From positions 1 through 32,255 of the forward strand of contig NGBS01000058.1 of the NCBI GenBank assembly GCA_002245135.1: DNA of 32,255 nucleotides, read 5' to 3'. The notes beneath the pieces were generated by a model that was not told the DNA's origin, did not search any database, and was given only the letters and a program-made list of their open reading frames with translations. The position numbers were made by a program, and so were the translations under genes. This document shows positions 1 to 13,956 of the stretch, piece after piece. How positions within the stretch are numbered: the first letter of the stretch is position 1; every line of letters begins with the position of its first letter. The stretch comes from Proteromonas lacertae (Eukaryota).

Positions 1-145
1 AAAACAGCACTTTATTTGTCTTCATCAATCGAAATATCAAAAATTCAATTCAAACTGAAATGAATTATTTTCATAACCCACGATCTTTTTTGTTAAACCC
101 ATTTTGAAAAATATCAAAAATAAGGATTTTACATTTATTTATTGT

Positions 146-2400
146 TTATAATTCAATTATAGATACTCTTCCTATACTACTTCCTATATATAAATATAAC
201 CATCATCACTTAAACAAACACTCTCACAACTATGACAATGAACGCTTTTCAGCTTCAATAAACTATAGTCACTCAATGAATAGATCAAAATATGACCATC
301 AAAACTACTACAGATTATATTGCTTTGTTTCTCATTTATCAAGATTTTAGTTATAAAAGAATGAAGTGAAGATAATGAAAATGTAAGAGGAGTTATTAAT
401 TTCTTGTTTTTTATATATATAACTTCAAATATCCATCATTTGAACTGCATAAGATATTATCTTCATTTAATACACATATTGACATTATTATTACATTCTC
501 ATTTACTTCTATTATTCCAATCGATTTATATTATCATTTATTGACCAAATTATTATTTTGCCATTACTTTCTCCACTCACAAATTTTTCTTCATTCCTCA
601 AATATCGAATTGTTTTAATAAATCCATTTTTGTTATTTCCTTCATAACTTTTCAAGATTTCTTTATTTTCTAAATCAATCAGTTTTATCTCATTATCTAA
701 TCCACAACTTAATAAACAAATTGTTTTTTCTGTTTATATCACAGTCTAATATATTGTTTTTATGAGCTTTAAATGTATGTAAACAATCACATGTACTACT
801 TTCAAATATCTTGATTTTACCATCACTACTTCCTGTGATTATTTTAAAATCATCTTCTATAAACTTACACCAAACTATACAGGAATTATGACCAACATAT
901 TCACCTACTATCTTATTATATGTCATATTGTATATTTTGGTACTTGTATCATCACAACCTATTAATAAACAGTCTCTATTCTCTTTTCCAATTGATATAT
1001 ACTATTCAATACATAAATAAATAAAAATATTTAAAATACTCTTATTCCCTTTTCACTTATTTCAAATGAATAATTGAATAAGATTATCTCATTAGATAAT
1101 AATATCTCATATAAGATTCTAATCTTTAATATTATTAGTTTATAATTTTATCACTATATTCATGTTTTTATCACTATTCAATCCATTTAAACTCATATTC
1201 ATTATATTGTAACTTAAGAACTCTTTTTCATTATTATTCTCTAATAAGGTGTTGATTAAAGGTAATATTTTACTTATAAATATTGAACTAAATTCATGAA
1301 ATTTTATATTATGTAAATTATATTCATTTATATTATCAATATAATCACAGATTCCACATATCACACTATTACATATCAAATAATCAATTGAGATTTCAAT
1401 CAAATTATCGATTATTATTCCAATAAATTCTCTTCTCAAACATTTGTAATTATACTCTTTTATTCTTTTCTCTTTATTTCTTTTCACATTTTCGATATAA
1501 TCATTTATATTTTCAGGCTTTTCATTATTTGTACTGTATTTTTTACTCTTTATAAATAATCCAACATCTTCTTTATATATCCCAATTCTTCACATTCTCT
1601 TAACCAATTACATTTTATATATTTTCATCCAAATTCAATTCTATCTCTTTATTATCTTCTTCCTCCTCTTTTTCTTTTTCTTTTTCTTTATTTGGTATAT
1701 TATTAATAATTCTTTTTCTGGGATTGGAACTTAATGGAGTTGTAGATGGAGGAATTGGTTTTATATTGGTTGGAACTAAAATCTTTCAGAATTCCTATTA
1801 CTTTCTTATCATTTTATCTACTAATATTTCTTTATAATTATCATTTAATATCTTCAATAAATCTGTATATTTGGAATTTTGTTTAAATAATTGCTTGATC
1901 TATTAATATTATTAATTTACTAATCTTATACATTCTCATATTCAGTTTGATTTAACAAATAATAAATCACTAAATCATCAAATTCTAAATCGATTGAATT
2001 TGGATATAAACTCATTGAATTGTTGTATTCTTCTATTATTTTATCAATACTATCTCTGTATCTCTTCATTATATTGTCTGTATTTCTTAAGAATGTTGAT
2101 GTATCTCGAATTATTGTGGGATGAACAACACTACCTATTGGAATAGATTCTTCACTTTCTTTGGAATTCATAAACTTATTCATTCCTTCTATCCATCCTT
2201 TAAACTCTTCATAGAACTCTTTAGAACACACTTTACAATCATCATGAATTATCTAAAGTGCAAAATAAAATATGTAAATAACTATATATACTCCACTATT
2301 ACTTATTTCTTTCTCTATTTCATTGTTTAGAACATTTGATTTTGAATTGAATAAACTAAATTGATATATGATGGTTTAAATACTATTTCAAATATGTCAT
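146..2400 (-). CDS. Multi-exon protein with C-terminal WD40 repeats and a possible N-terminal LisH-like motif; exon structure only partly resolved, at least one apparent indel
   Basis: WD-type repeats (VGHNSCIVWCKF..IITGSSDGKIKIFE, KAHKNNILDCDIN..LFI(S)CGLDNEIKLID). Stop TAA at 146-148. ORFs 693-926, 1140-1487 and 1926-2231 can be linked by short GT-AG introns (e.g. 1900-1931). FDDLVIYYLLNQTEYENIKQLF is LisH-like. Start ATG at 2400 is tentative. Confidence 0.6.
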
Positions 2401-2574
2401 TTAAATAAACCAGACTAATCTTATTGTCTAACTCCTTCAGACTGTGAAGCAGTTTCAAATACATTTTTAATACAACTAAATACAAAAATAATACATTCTC
2501 AAATTGTATTTATCAAAATCACAATAAATAAAAATAAAACAACAAAAATTACAAATCATTTATTAAAATTCAAT

Positions 2575-4079
2575 CTAATTATTTCTCAAATCACTTCTTG
2601 TACATCTTATATCAAACACATATTCCTTATATTCCATTTCTTTAAACACAGGAACACCATGATTATCAATTTCAACACAGCATGGCTTATATTTATTCTT
2701 TATAAAACTTAAAACTTCATATCCTCTTTCGTTCATTATATCTCGAATCATATCCAGCACTAAAGGAGTTGACAGTAAAATATTTTCACTTCTAATCAGT
2801 ATTCTTCCATTCTCAGAATGTTTTATTAATTCATTTTCAAATTCTTTCTTCATAAAATCAATTACTTTCAAAAACAGATTCAAATGATTTGCGTTATACC
2901 ATTCCAATCTTTTAATCATTTTCTTCCTTGCATTGATAATAATATTCGAAGCTACTGGAAAATCATTAATTATACTCAAACATTCACTATTCAATTCCAA
3001 TGATGATTGATATTGCAATTCTTTGTGTATTTTTTCAATTAATATATCACTTGAATCTACACTTCCATCAACTATATGAAATTCAAAATCTTTCTTCACC
3101 GTTTTTACACCTTCTAATACTTCGTTTTTATAAATGTAATATCTCCCTTTCGCTAATTCTGCATCATAATCAGATTTTAATTCACCAACTATTATTCCAC
3201 TTCCTGTATCTTTAACAATTTTATTGTGATTTTTTATTCTTTTTCCTCTTTCTAATTGTTTTCGAATTGATGTTTCTTCATCACAATGTATTATTATATA
3301 CTTCCATTTTGGTAATTGATAGATCTTACCATTTTTATTACTGCTATATTTTTGATTCATTTCAATCATTTTGTCATGTAATAGTTTCATAAATTTGGCT
3401 TGAATCTTATTACGTGGAATACCAAATACTAAACATCCTTTATTGAATTTTATCAATGTGTTGAATAAAGCGTATAATAAATCAGAATTTTGAAATAATT
3501 TACCTGATGATGTTATATCTTTTATCTATAATTATTATGTTTCTATAATATTATACATTTTTATCATAAGTTATAAGTGATCTTAATGATATGGGATATA
3601 ATCCACGTTCCATAGCTAATTGTTTGATTGTTCTACCTGTTACTGTACCTGGAGCATGTAATATCCATAATACTTCAGATGGGAATATTAATTTATCCTC
3701 TGAATGAGTTTTCAGTAATTTATTAAATGTTTGTTCAAAAATAAACTTATAATCAGGTATTTCGTTCAGATCTTTTTTCTTTTCTTCATAGGTTTTAATT
3801 CTACATAGATGAGTTTAGAATCATTATTACCCGTTTCTTAAATGCTGACAATCTATTTCTGCCGTTGTTAAATCAAAATAACTAACGCAATATAAAACTG
3901 TAATAATACTAAGTATAATCATCATCTTTAGAAAGATCAGCATAACATCTTTTTTGTTGATTTAACGAATTAAAGCATTTAGATGGAATATATGGATTGA
4001 AAGAAACTATTCTTTTGATAATATTTATATTGAATGGTTTTATATGCTGAAATTTCAGTGATTTCAAACGAATAAACAT
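2575..4079 (-). CDS. Long-form adenylate-kinase-like protein with degenerate P-loop and basic N-terminal presequence; introns 3882-3909, 3801-3830, 3526-3556
   Basis: Spliced translation gives LIFPSEVLWILHAPGTVTGRT..ERGL, GCLVFGIPRNKIQ, DEETSIRKQLERG, ELQYQSSLEL, ARKKMIKRLEWY, MIRDIMNERG. From memory, these match the extended adenylate kinase type (FPKEIIxLxGAPGAGKGT, DGFPR, YQSSLEL). All three introns are GT-AG and keep frame. Confidence 0.75.
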
Positions 4080-4170
4080 TTTTTCTTTCTTCTTCAATCA
4101 AGCTTTTTCAATCAAGCCACAATCATTTTAAAGCAATATATGAGTTAATAATGTATAATAATATAATGAA

Positions 4171-4172
4171 TT

Positions 4173-4207
<35 letters not shown>

Positions 4208-7200
4208 AGAGATATACCTCCATGTTCATTTCTCATATGTTCATACAACAAATCAGCAATTTCGTAATATTTACCACAATTCCAACACCAATGGATTGTA
4301 CACTTTGGACATCTAATATGATTACATCCTTTATCTTTTTCTGTTGCCACACCACATTTTGGACAGCATTTGACTTTATCGCAGTTTGGTAATACTTCAC
4401 CTTCACAACTTTTATTGAAATGAGATTTATTACCACAAATACAACATGAAATATTTCTACATGATTCACAAGTAATATAAATTCCATTCTTTCCATTGTT
4501 CTCCTCTTCTTTTTCTTCTTTTTCATCATCACTATCACTACCACTATCACTATCTTCTTCTTCAACTTCTTTTTTCTTTTTCATCAGAATTCTCTCACAA
4601 TCATCATATGGACAAACATAATATTTATCTTTATTACCACAGTAATATTGTTGAGAAAGTTTATGATATAATTTCCTTAAAAGATCTTCATTAACAACCA
4701 ATGCTATTTCATAAGTAGATAATCTTCTATTACATAATCTACACTCAATTTTCAAATCCCTTTCATCTTCATTGGAAGATATTATATTAATTATTTCATT
4801 CTTTAAACAATCAACACATATCTTATGGCCACATTTTCCTATTCTATAGTTTGTTTTATCACAGGCATTATAACATAATCCAATATCATTTTCATCATCA
4901 TTATCAACATCATTTCTACCTTCATCATTTCCATTATCATCTCTTTCACAAATACTCTTTATTTCATCATATACTGCTTCTGCATTTATATATTTCTCTT
5001 TATCAATACAACAAAGTGAATAGAACTGATTATCTTCAATATCTATTCTTTTTACTATTTCATTCTCTATCAATACATTACAATTGGATTTTGAACATAA
5101 TCCAAGTATTCTGTATATTGAACTAAATCTTTTACAATCATTTTTATTCTTGTTCTTCTTATTATCTTTATTATCTTTAATCTGAACTCTTTTACTTTCT
5201 TCATTATTTAATAAATGTATTGATTTTGATGGAACTAAGAAGAAGAAGAAATTGTTATCCATTGCTTTAATACTTATTATCTTTTCAGTGATGGCTTTTT
5301 CAACTTCACTCTTGAATATAGGAATAAACAAATTCTTGAAATGATTATCGCAGTAGAATGTCATTTTTCTTCCTTCTCTTTCAATATGAAACAATTTTCT
5401 AATATCTTCAACAACTACAATTCCTTTATCTTCTAATTCTATTGGATCAATATGTTGTTGTTCTTCAATTATTTCATTATATTTTTCTTCAATCTTTTTA
5501 GAAGCATTATCATTTAATACATCTATAAAATTGTTATCAATGATAGGTTTTTCAAAATATTATCAAATTGTAGTAAATACACTGGAATAAGATAATCTTC
5601 AGAGTTTAATATTGAATTTATATAACTGCATAATGAATAAGCCAAATCATGATTTTGACATATAATTGATAGTGAAGTATTATCTGATCGATAATTCACT
5701 TTAACAAAAGCTCCAAAGAAGAATATTACAATATCTTTAATCAACTTGCCAACTTTCATATTTTTAATAACAAATGTAATTGTATATTCTAAATATACAT
5801 CACTTTTCATATTCACAACATCTTTTATATTATTCTTCAAATCATTAAACACTTTCATTCTATCTTCTGCGTTTAAATTTGATCTATAGCTGATAAACAA
5901 TTCATTATTTCTTTCATAACATCTTAATTGTGGAGATGGATCTTTATCTTGTAAATGCGACAGTAAATTGTTGTATATTTCCTCTTTTCTCATTTTCATT
6001 TCATTGATTTGAACTTCATATTTGTTACTAATCATTATATTCAATCCATAGGGAGGTAAACACTTTCTTTTACTGTAATGAGTAAGAAATTTTTCTACAA
6101 TTGAATGTGAATAATCTGGTTGTGATAATGCTAATTGATAACAAGTAGTTACACCTTTAATATCTAATGGATTGTATTTAGAATCAACTGGTAATGGTGT
6201 TAATGACATATAAATCTCATTTAAAACAACTGCAGATTCATAACATTTTTCTGGATCTGATGCAAAACTTACATACATGATCTGACTATCTTTACCTATA
6301 GCGATATTTGGTAATATTTCAATACAAATTGATTCTTCTATTTGTGATATATTATTGTTGTTATTGTTATTGTTATTCATTATATTTGTATTTGTATCAT
6401 ATTTCTCTATTTGTTTTAATACTTTTTTTCCTTCTTTTCCTTCTCCTCCTTCACCTTCTTCTTCATCATCATCTTTATATTTTTGTCTTTCTTCAATACT
6501 TGGGAATACTAATTGAATTTGTGAAGTTTTAATCTGAGAAAAGTCTTGAACTTGCATGTTTATATTATTACACAAATAACCACATTCACATTCTGTATTT
6601 AACAATATATCTAATAATTGATCAACATCTGTGTCATATATCAATGGTAAATCAGTTTCTCCATCATTTTCACTTAATTGCATATGTAAAACTTCACAAT
6701 TCTCTTTTGATACAATATATTGATTCATTGAAGGACAATTATTCATAATAAAGTATTTATAATAATGATCCTTTAATATATTAAAATTATCTTTTATTCT
6801 CTCTAATAAATTGATAATTTTGTCTTTTTCATTATTCACTATTATAACAAAAATATCTGCTTTATCACCATCACCATTTTGTACTTTTACTGGTTTACAG
6901 AATGTAGATAATAAATTCATATATATCTCTTGATCTATCAAACACAATGGTTGATCATTTACTTTCCTTATAATTGGATCAGATTCTTCAGATTCAATTT
7001 TTGTACAAAGTCCTAAATATCCGTTAATATTATTGACATTTGATAGATCAGTAGTTTTTATTTTTGAAAAATATACTACTCTCAATGGTAATGTGTTATT
7101 AACTATCATCTCTTGGAATTGTTTTAATTTTGTTCCAATTGGGCTTGATCTATACAAGCCGTCATCTTTTTTATTCAATAATTCATAGTAAAAATGAACT

Positions 7201-9884
7201 TCTGCATCTGTTGTATTATTCTCTTGTATTGTAGTTTTAATATCCAAGTTATGAAATATAGCAATACACTCTTTATCTGCAGATCTTAGCTTATGTCTTC
7301 TAACGTACTGATTAGCTATTTCCAATGATTTTTTAGCAAATAAACTCTCGGGATCAGTAGAATAATCTCTGCAGCAAGCACATTTATGATTTCCTATTCT
7401 AATCAGTTGTCCAATTAAATCCTCTGCAGTATATGCAAATTTAATGTTTATATTACAATCATAAGCACATTGTTCTCTGTTTTCTTCTTTACTTCTTTCA
7501 AAGAAAACTAATGCATTCATCAAAGTAACAACTTGAGAATCTGGATTGTAGAATTGTGAATGTTTCATAACAGCTTCACTTAAACTATCACCACTACCAC
7601 TTCCCCAATAAAACAGGGATGTACCAACTGAAATAACAGCTGCACAAACTGCAGATAAGAAAATACATTTTGTTTGCTTGGATATATCTAAAAAATCGCA
7701 TGCCAATTCTGGTGATATTTGGAATAATGCATAATTTCTACCTCTTTCAGTTGGAAGATATGGTGGATCATACTCAACAGCATTAATTCTCCTTAAAGTC
7801 TTTAAAGCTGCTTTTATATAACCATCATCTGGTTTATCAGGCAAATCTAAATCTTCTAAATTCAAACCACTACATCTCAATAATAACAACAATAAAGATA
7901 AATCTCTTCTCTTTATTTCTGGTAAATCATTATCTTCTATTGAATAACCATTCTTATCATCTTCATGCCAGTTAAATTGATAATATTCTCCATTACAAGT
8001 CCTTCCAGCTCTTCCCATTCTTTGTTTTCTTGAAGATTCATTGATTTGTCGAGTTATTACTATCTCTGTTCTATTTTCAGGTATATATTTTGGTATTTTA
8101 AATAAACCACTGTCAAATACACGATCTACACCTGGAACTGTCACAGATGTTTCAGCTAAATTGGTTGTAAAAACAACTTTCTTCATCACATTATCACGAT
8201 CTTCATATAATATTCTATCTTGTAAATAGGGTGGAATTTGACCATGTAATATAAAGGGATATATAACAATATTGTTATCTTTTTTTATCTTATCTACTGA
8301 TATTTTTGTTCTTTCTGCCCATTGCTGAACTTTACGAATTGAATCATAATTCTCAGGTATTTTGAACAACTGTATACTATTCTCTTTTTCACACAATTGT
8401 TTGAATTTATCATAAGCATAAATAATTTCATTTTTTCCACATAAGAAGCAGAGAGCGTGGCCACATTCATTGCTTTTCTTATCTTTATAACTATTAATAA
8501 TTTCATTCACTATCATATCAATATAATCTCTATAGAACTTTGTTCTTCTTAACATTATATCCTTCTTTACTACATCAAAACATTGTCCTTTTATATTTAT
8601 CTCTTTAATATCAGGAATAAATGATTTAAAAGCATTTACACTTATTGTAGCTGATGCAATAATAGCATGAACTTTATCACTTTCATTTTCACATTTTTCA
8701 TTCTGTTTAATTAAGTTTGATTTTATCATTGCCAATAATGAATCAATGAAAACAGATCTTTCATGAGCTTCATCAATCATAACTATCTTAAACTCAGTGT
8801 TATATTTTGGTGTATCTATTATTCTAGTTAATAAACGATATTCTGTTGTTAAAACAATTCTTGGCAATACAGCTGTTTCATTTATTTCATCTATCATCTT
8901 CTTTGATGCAATAACTGTTCCTAAATCACCAATTAACTCATGAATCTGATTTTTGACGTTTCTAGCAGCAAATTTACGTGGTTGACTTACATAAATAGTA
9001 TCTGTTGGACATGGCTTGTTCCTAGTAAGTAGAATATGTACAGCACAAAAGATTGGAGTAAGAATTGATTTACCAGCACCAGTATCTGCTGTTAAGAGTG
9101 ATACATCGTTGTTAAAACATGAATCTATTAGTTCGTTTCTATAAGCATAGACTGGAAGTTGTTTTTCAGCCATTCTTGTTTCTAATTCGATTAATCTATC
9201 CTTTATATCATCTCTTAATCTACTTTTCGATATTTTTTCTTTCATTTCATCATATACAACTAAAGCCTTTGTTTCACGATATTCCAATTCATCCTCATAA
9301 TCTTTTTCTTCACGATGGAGTATCCACTTAGCTTTTGCCTTAGCTACATTTTCATCTAATTTTTCTCTAAAATCTTCTCTGATTTTGTACTTTCTTTGAC
9401 GATTATTACCCCGATTATCATAATTAATTGATCCTCTGTTATTATTACCTCCCCTACCTCTTCCACCTCCTCTATTACCACCTCTTCCTCTGTTGCTACC
9501 ACCTCTGCCACCTCTACCACCTCCATCACTTCTATTATCAAAATCCCCTCTGCCGCCTCTGCCACCTCTACCTCCACCTCTATTACCACCTCCACCACCA
9601 TTTTTACCACCATTACCTCCTCTACCACCTCTGCTTCCTCCATCACTTCTATTATCATTTTCATACCTACCACCTCCGCCGCCTCTACTCCCACCTCTTT
9701 GTCGTTGATTATTTCCACCTCTTCCTCTTGATGGACTGGAATTACTATCATTACGATTATTGCTATCCCTATCATTATTGCTGTTATTAAATAGGTTACG
9801 CCATCCACCTTCACGCCATTCATCACTGTTCTTATTATTATAACCTCCTCTTCCTCCTCCTTTTTTGTTATTAGAATTACTCAT
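4171..9884 (-). CDS. RGG-rich DEAH-box RNA helicase fused to a C-terminal RBR (RING1-IBR-RING2) E3 ligase, ~1900 aa if one base is restored in the run at 5548-5552
   Basis: Helicase motifs TGAGKS, SQPRKFAA, DEAHER, SAT, TNLAETSVTVPG, QRMGRAGR. The downstream ORF has CGHKICVDC (RING1), CPYDDC..CESC..CCIC..H..C (IBR) and CPKC..EKDKGCNHIRC..C..HWCWNC (RING2 with catalytic Cys). The downstream frame is open upstream across the junction (KPIIDNNFIDVLND). Confidence 0.85.
4175..4207. repeat. (TCA)n trinucleotide repeat encoding the poly-Asp C-terminus of the helicase-RBR protein
   Basis: Run of tca units on +; translates to a poly-D tail on -. Confidence 0.9.
9420..9860 (-). repeat. Low-complexity RGG/Gly-Asn coding repeat region
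   Basis: Repeated RGG, GGRGG and DNRSDGG units at the helicase N-terminus. Confidence 0.85.
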
Positions 9885-10618
9885 TTTTGGATCTTTGTAC
9901 AGTGAATGTCAAAAGGTATAAGAGTATTTTCAGTTTATACAGTATAGTTACTATTATGCAGGTAAAGACTAATTCTATCTCATGAAATACACAAATATAA
10001 ATGAACTATACTTAATCTAACTCATTTTATATGATTTATACAATCATACATTTTTTACAACTATTAATTTATTTTGACAATAATTAAACTATATACAACA
10101 CTTTTAAATCCTAAATTTCACTACATCTATGATTTTGGCTTTTTTTCATTTTTCTCTACTTGTTGCGGTAGAAATGTTCGATAATATGCGTAATGAAAAT
10201 TTATAAACAACATTTTAAAGAGATTTTGGATTTCTAAGGTTATATTTTCAAGATCAAAATACCTTCATCTTTTATTTCATCAATGTAAAATTTAATAGTA
10301 GGTGGAATAAATTCTGAATTTAGATCACTGTTTAGAACAGGTAGATTACTCTTTTCTATATGTTTTCTGACATTTATAATATGGTGCATCATCTATAGCT
10401 AAATAGTGTGATTTATATACCATTGTAATTTCTTTATCTTTAAATTCAAACCCTAAAACAGACATTATTCAAAATCAATTTGAAATAGGTAATAAAAATT
10501 ACTGTAAATTACATGTAAATGTCATTATTCTATTTTTCGAAATAGAATACTTGTTAGTTTTGTAAAAAGGTAAATTTTCATATAAATACCAATTATTCTA
10601 ATATTTCAATCATTTTAA

Positions 10619-13181
10619 ATGGAACCAAAGCCATTAAGCTCTGGGCTTGAGTTAATACCAGAAATGAATGTTATTGATAAGGAGAGAGATGCTTTAATTA
10701 TATCATTATTAGCACAAACTATATCTCAACAAGATCCCAATCCATCATCTTTTATGATAGCTTATAATCAGCTTTTGAAGACAGGACTTATAAAGAATCG
10801 AGATGCAGTGTTTTGGTATCAGAAAGCAAAAGCGCTGTTCAATTCTCACCCTTCTATATTGAATGTATTTTTTATAAATATAATCTCTAGTTACCGCCTA
10901 ATGAACAAGATTACCAAATGAACATGATGAAGATGAGATATGAAAGAGATTTTATACCAATAGAGAAGCTAGGACATGGTGGATTTGGACATGTAATGAA
11001 ATGTAGGAAGAAATTAGATCATAAATTATATGCAGTAAAAATAATACCAGTAAAGTATAAATATATATATTATTATATTAATTATATATAGAAATACTTG
11101 TAAAAGAATCACAGAACAATTAAAAACAACTTTAAGAGAAGTAATAAGTCTTTCAATAATGGATCATAAAAATGTATTAAGATATTATGATGCATGGATT
11201 GAACCAACATGGATAAATCAATTTACATCTCCATCAAGTAATAATAATAATAATATATCAAAATTTAATATGAAAAGAGGAAGAGAAAATAGATATTCTG
11301 ATGTTGTTGTTGAAAATGATTCGAGTAATAATTATCCAATGCAAATAATGAATTATCCATTTAACGAAGATTCTGAGAATTTATTAATACTAAATAATGA
11401 TGATGGTGAAGAGGAAGAAGAAGAAGAAGTAGTAGTAGATGAAGAAGGATCTGAGGAAGAAGATGATGATGAAGAATATGATGATGATGATGATGAAAAA
11501 TATAAAAGTGAATATAATAATTCAAGAGTTGAAGTGTTAGAATCAACAGATACTCAATCAACAACAACAACTACTACTACTGCTGAAACTACAACTAATA
11601 GATCAACATTAACAGCAACTAATATATCAAATGCTGATTATATGAATAATAGAATGAATGAAATAATATTTGAAGATAGTTGTTCTGGTTCAGGAACAAC
11701 AACTACTTCAACTTCTGATAATTATAAAGTTGAGAGCAATAATAATTCTGTTGTTTTTGAAGATAAAAAGAGTTATAGTAAAAGTAATTATGGTGATGAT
11801 GAAGGAGAAGAAAGAAGTGAAGAAAGAAGAAATGAAGAAGAAATTGATGATGAAAATAGCAAAATAGATTTAGAAAATGATGAAGATGAAGATGATAATC
11901 AATCTACTTCTTCAGATTCTTCATCATCCAGTGGACCACCAATTGAAGCATTAAACTACAAGAAAAATATGAAAAAAGAAAATCCAGTAATTGATATAGA
12001 AAATGAAAAGAAAAATATCAATGAAAATATAAACACACATAAAAATCCATCACCATTATTAATGCCTTGTGATTTAGTTCATTTTACTAATTCAAAATCA
12101 CCTCCATTTCGTCAATCCAACCATATTTCAAATAATAACAATAATAAACAAAAATTAACCAATAATACTCCAAGTAGTGATATTATTCCTTATAGTAATA
12201 AAAAATCACCAATTTATAAACTAAAATTTGAACTTTCTTTATATATACAAAGTGAATATTGTGAAGGAACAACATTAGGAAAATATTTATCTGAAAGAAT
12301 GGATAAACCTAGTAGAAAAGTAAATTCAGTTGAAATGTATGAGTTTTTAGTTCAAATAATGGAAGGATTAGAACATATTCATAGTAAAGGAATTATTCAT
12401 AGAGATATGAAACCAGAGAATATATTTATTACCAATGAAAAGAAAATAAAAATTGGTGATTTTGGATTAGCTACATTTAATTGTATAAAATGATATATTT
12501 TTATATTTGTATATCAATAGATAGTGGAATTGAAACTTCTTCTGATTTATCATTGGTATCTCCCATAAATAATATCAATTCTCAACACAGTTATGGATTA
12601 GGAACACAATTATATGCAAGTCCAGAGCAATTATCTCAAAGTGATTATGATTTTTCAACCGATATTTATAGTGTTGGTTTAATCGTTGTTGAAATGTTTG
12701 CTAATTTTGGTTCTATGATGGAAAGAGCATTGACTTTGAAAGATGTGAGAAAAAGTGTGAAAAATATACCAAATAATGTGTTGAATTATAAACCAGTATA
12801 ATATATTATATTTCTATTGTTAAATAGTTTTATTTACTATTACCAAGAATGTTAGATCATAATCCATACAATAGACCAAAAGCTACTGAAATATTAACAA
12901 CTTTGAAAGTATATTATCATTCATTTATTACTCCACAACTCACAAAGGAAGTAAAAATGATTGAAAATATAAAAATACATTCGGAATCAGGAGAAGAAAA
13001 AGAAGAAAAAAAGGAAGAAGAAATTGTTATTGCCATTCCTAATTTATTGAATGTTCAAAAGGACATAAACTATGAAAACTGCAATAAAGAAGAATTAATC
13101 ACATTGCTTATTCAAAGAGATTTGTTAATAGTTGAACAACAGAAGAGGATTTTTGAATTAGAAAAGAAAGATAAGAATTGA
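10619..13181 (+). CDS. eIF2-alpha kinase (HRI-like layout) with large acidic/Ser-Thr-Asn kinase insert; introns 10865-10890, 11055-11091, 12483-12520, 12796-12827
   Basis: Spliced translation: RYERDF..LGHGGFGHV..YAVK, LREV..DHKNVLRYYDAWIE, LYIQSEYC, HRDMKPENIF, KIGDFGLA, GTQLYASPEQ, DIYSVGLI, and a C-terminal coiled-coil-like segment. No transmembrane, dsRBD or HisRS-like region seen. Confidence 0.9.
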
Positions 13182-13357
13182 TACATTCATGAGTGATACA
13201 AATTTTCCTACATGCATGCATCACTGTTATATGTTATTATTTTTTAACAGTTTGTAGTTAATTCAAAAAATAACACAATCAAGTCAATAATAATAATAAT
13301 AATAATAAAATAAATACACAATTTTTTAAAAACTGAAAATTTAAAAATAAAAAATAC

Positions 13358-13956
13358 TCAAAATTGTGAAGATAACCATTCTAAACCTTCATACAATCCA
13401 TCTCCTGTTGTAGCACAACATGCTTGTATAAACCACTTTCTATTATTTAATTGAGCCAAACCAAGCTTTTCTGCTATTTGAGGCGCTTTTAATGCATTTG
13501 GAAGATCTTGTTTATTTGCATATATCAATAAAACTGCTGCTTTAAGTAATTCTTCACTCATCAGTTTATTTAATTCTTCTTTGGCTATATAATAATACTA
13601 ATAGATAATAACTATACCCATTTCCATTCGATTTACATCATTACTATCCACCACAAATATTATACCATTTATTCCTTCATAATAATGTCTCCATAACACA
13701 CGGATCTAATTGTTATATAAAACAATGATAGGAATACTTTATCTTGACCACCCACATCCCATACTGAAAATGTAACATTTTTATATTGAACAGTTTCCAT
13801 ATTAAAACCGATGGTGGGAATTGTAGCAACTACATCACCAATCTTTAGTTTATAGAGGATTGTTGTTTTACCAGCTGCATCCAAACCAACCATTAGGATT
13901 TTTGATTCTTTATCTCCAAACCAAGAATCCCACATTCTTGCTATTGCTAATCCCAT
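13358..13956 (-). CDS. ARF: ADP-ribosylation factor (ARF family GTPase); introns 13706-13737, 13585-13617
   Basis: MG N-terminus, [53 protein letters not shown]. Both introns GT-AG. Confidence 0.95.

Noticed and set aside
1..25. Start of a further minus-strand gene (MKTNKVLF)
   Set aside because: Only eight codons are visible; plausible given the upstream motif but not enough to call.
4780..4885. Degenerate RING1 in the RBR domain (DIGLC lacks the first Cys)
   Set aside because: CYNAC can supply the first Cys pair, so loss of zinc binding is not demonstrated.
9356..9826. Overlapping ORFs rich in Val/Glu, His/Leu/Tyr and Pro/Leu
   Set aside because: Alternative-frame and antisense shadows of the RGG repeat region.
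10152..10175. TCTAC..GTAGA hairpin reminiscent of a Cas12a direct repeat
   Set aside because: Single copy, 5-bp stem, no array or cas genes, eukaryotic context.
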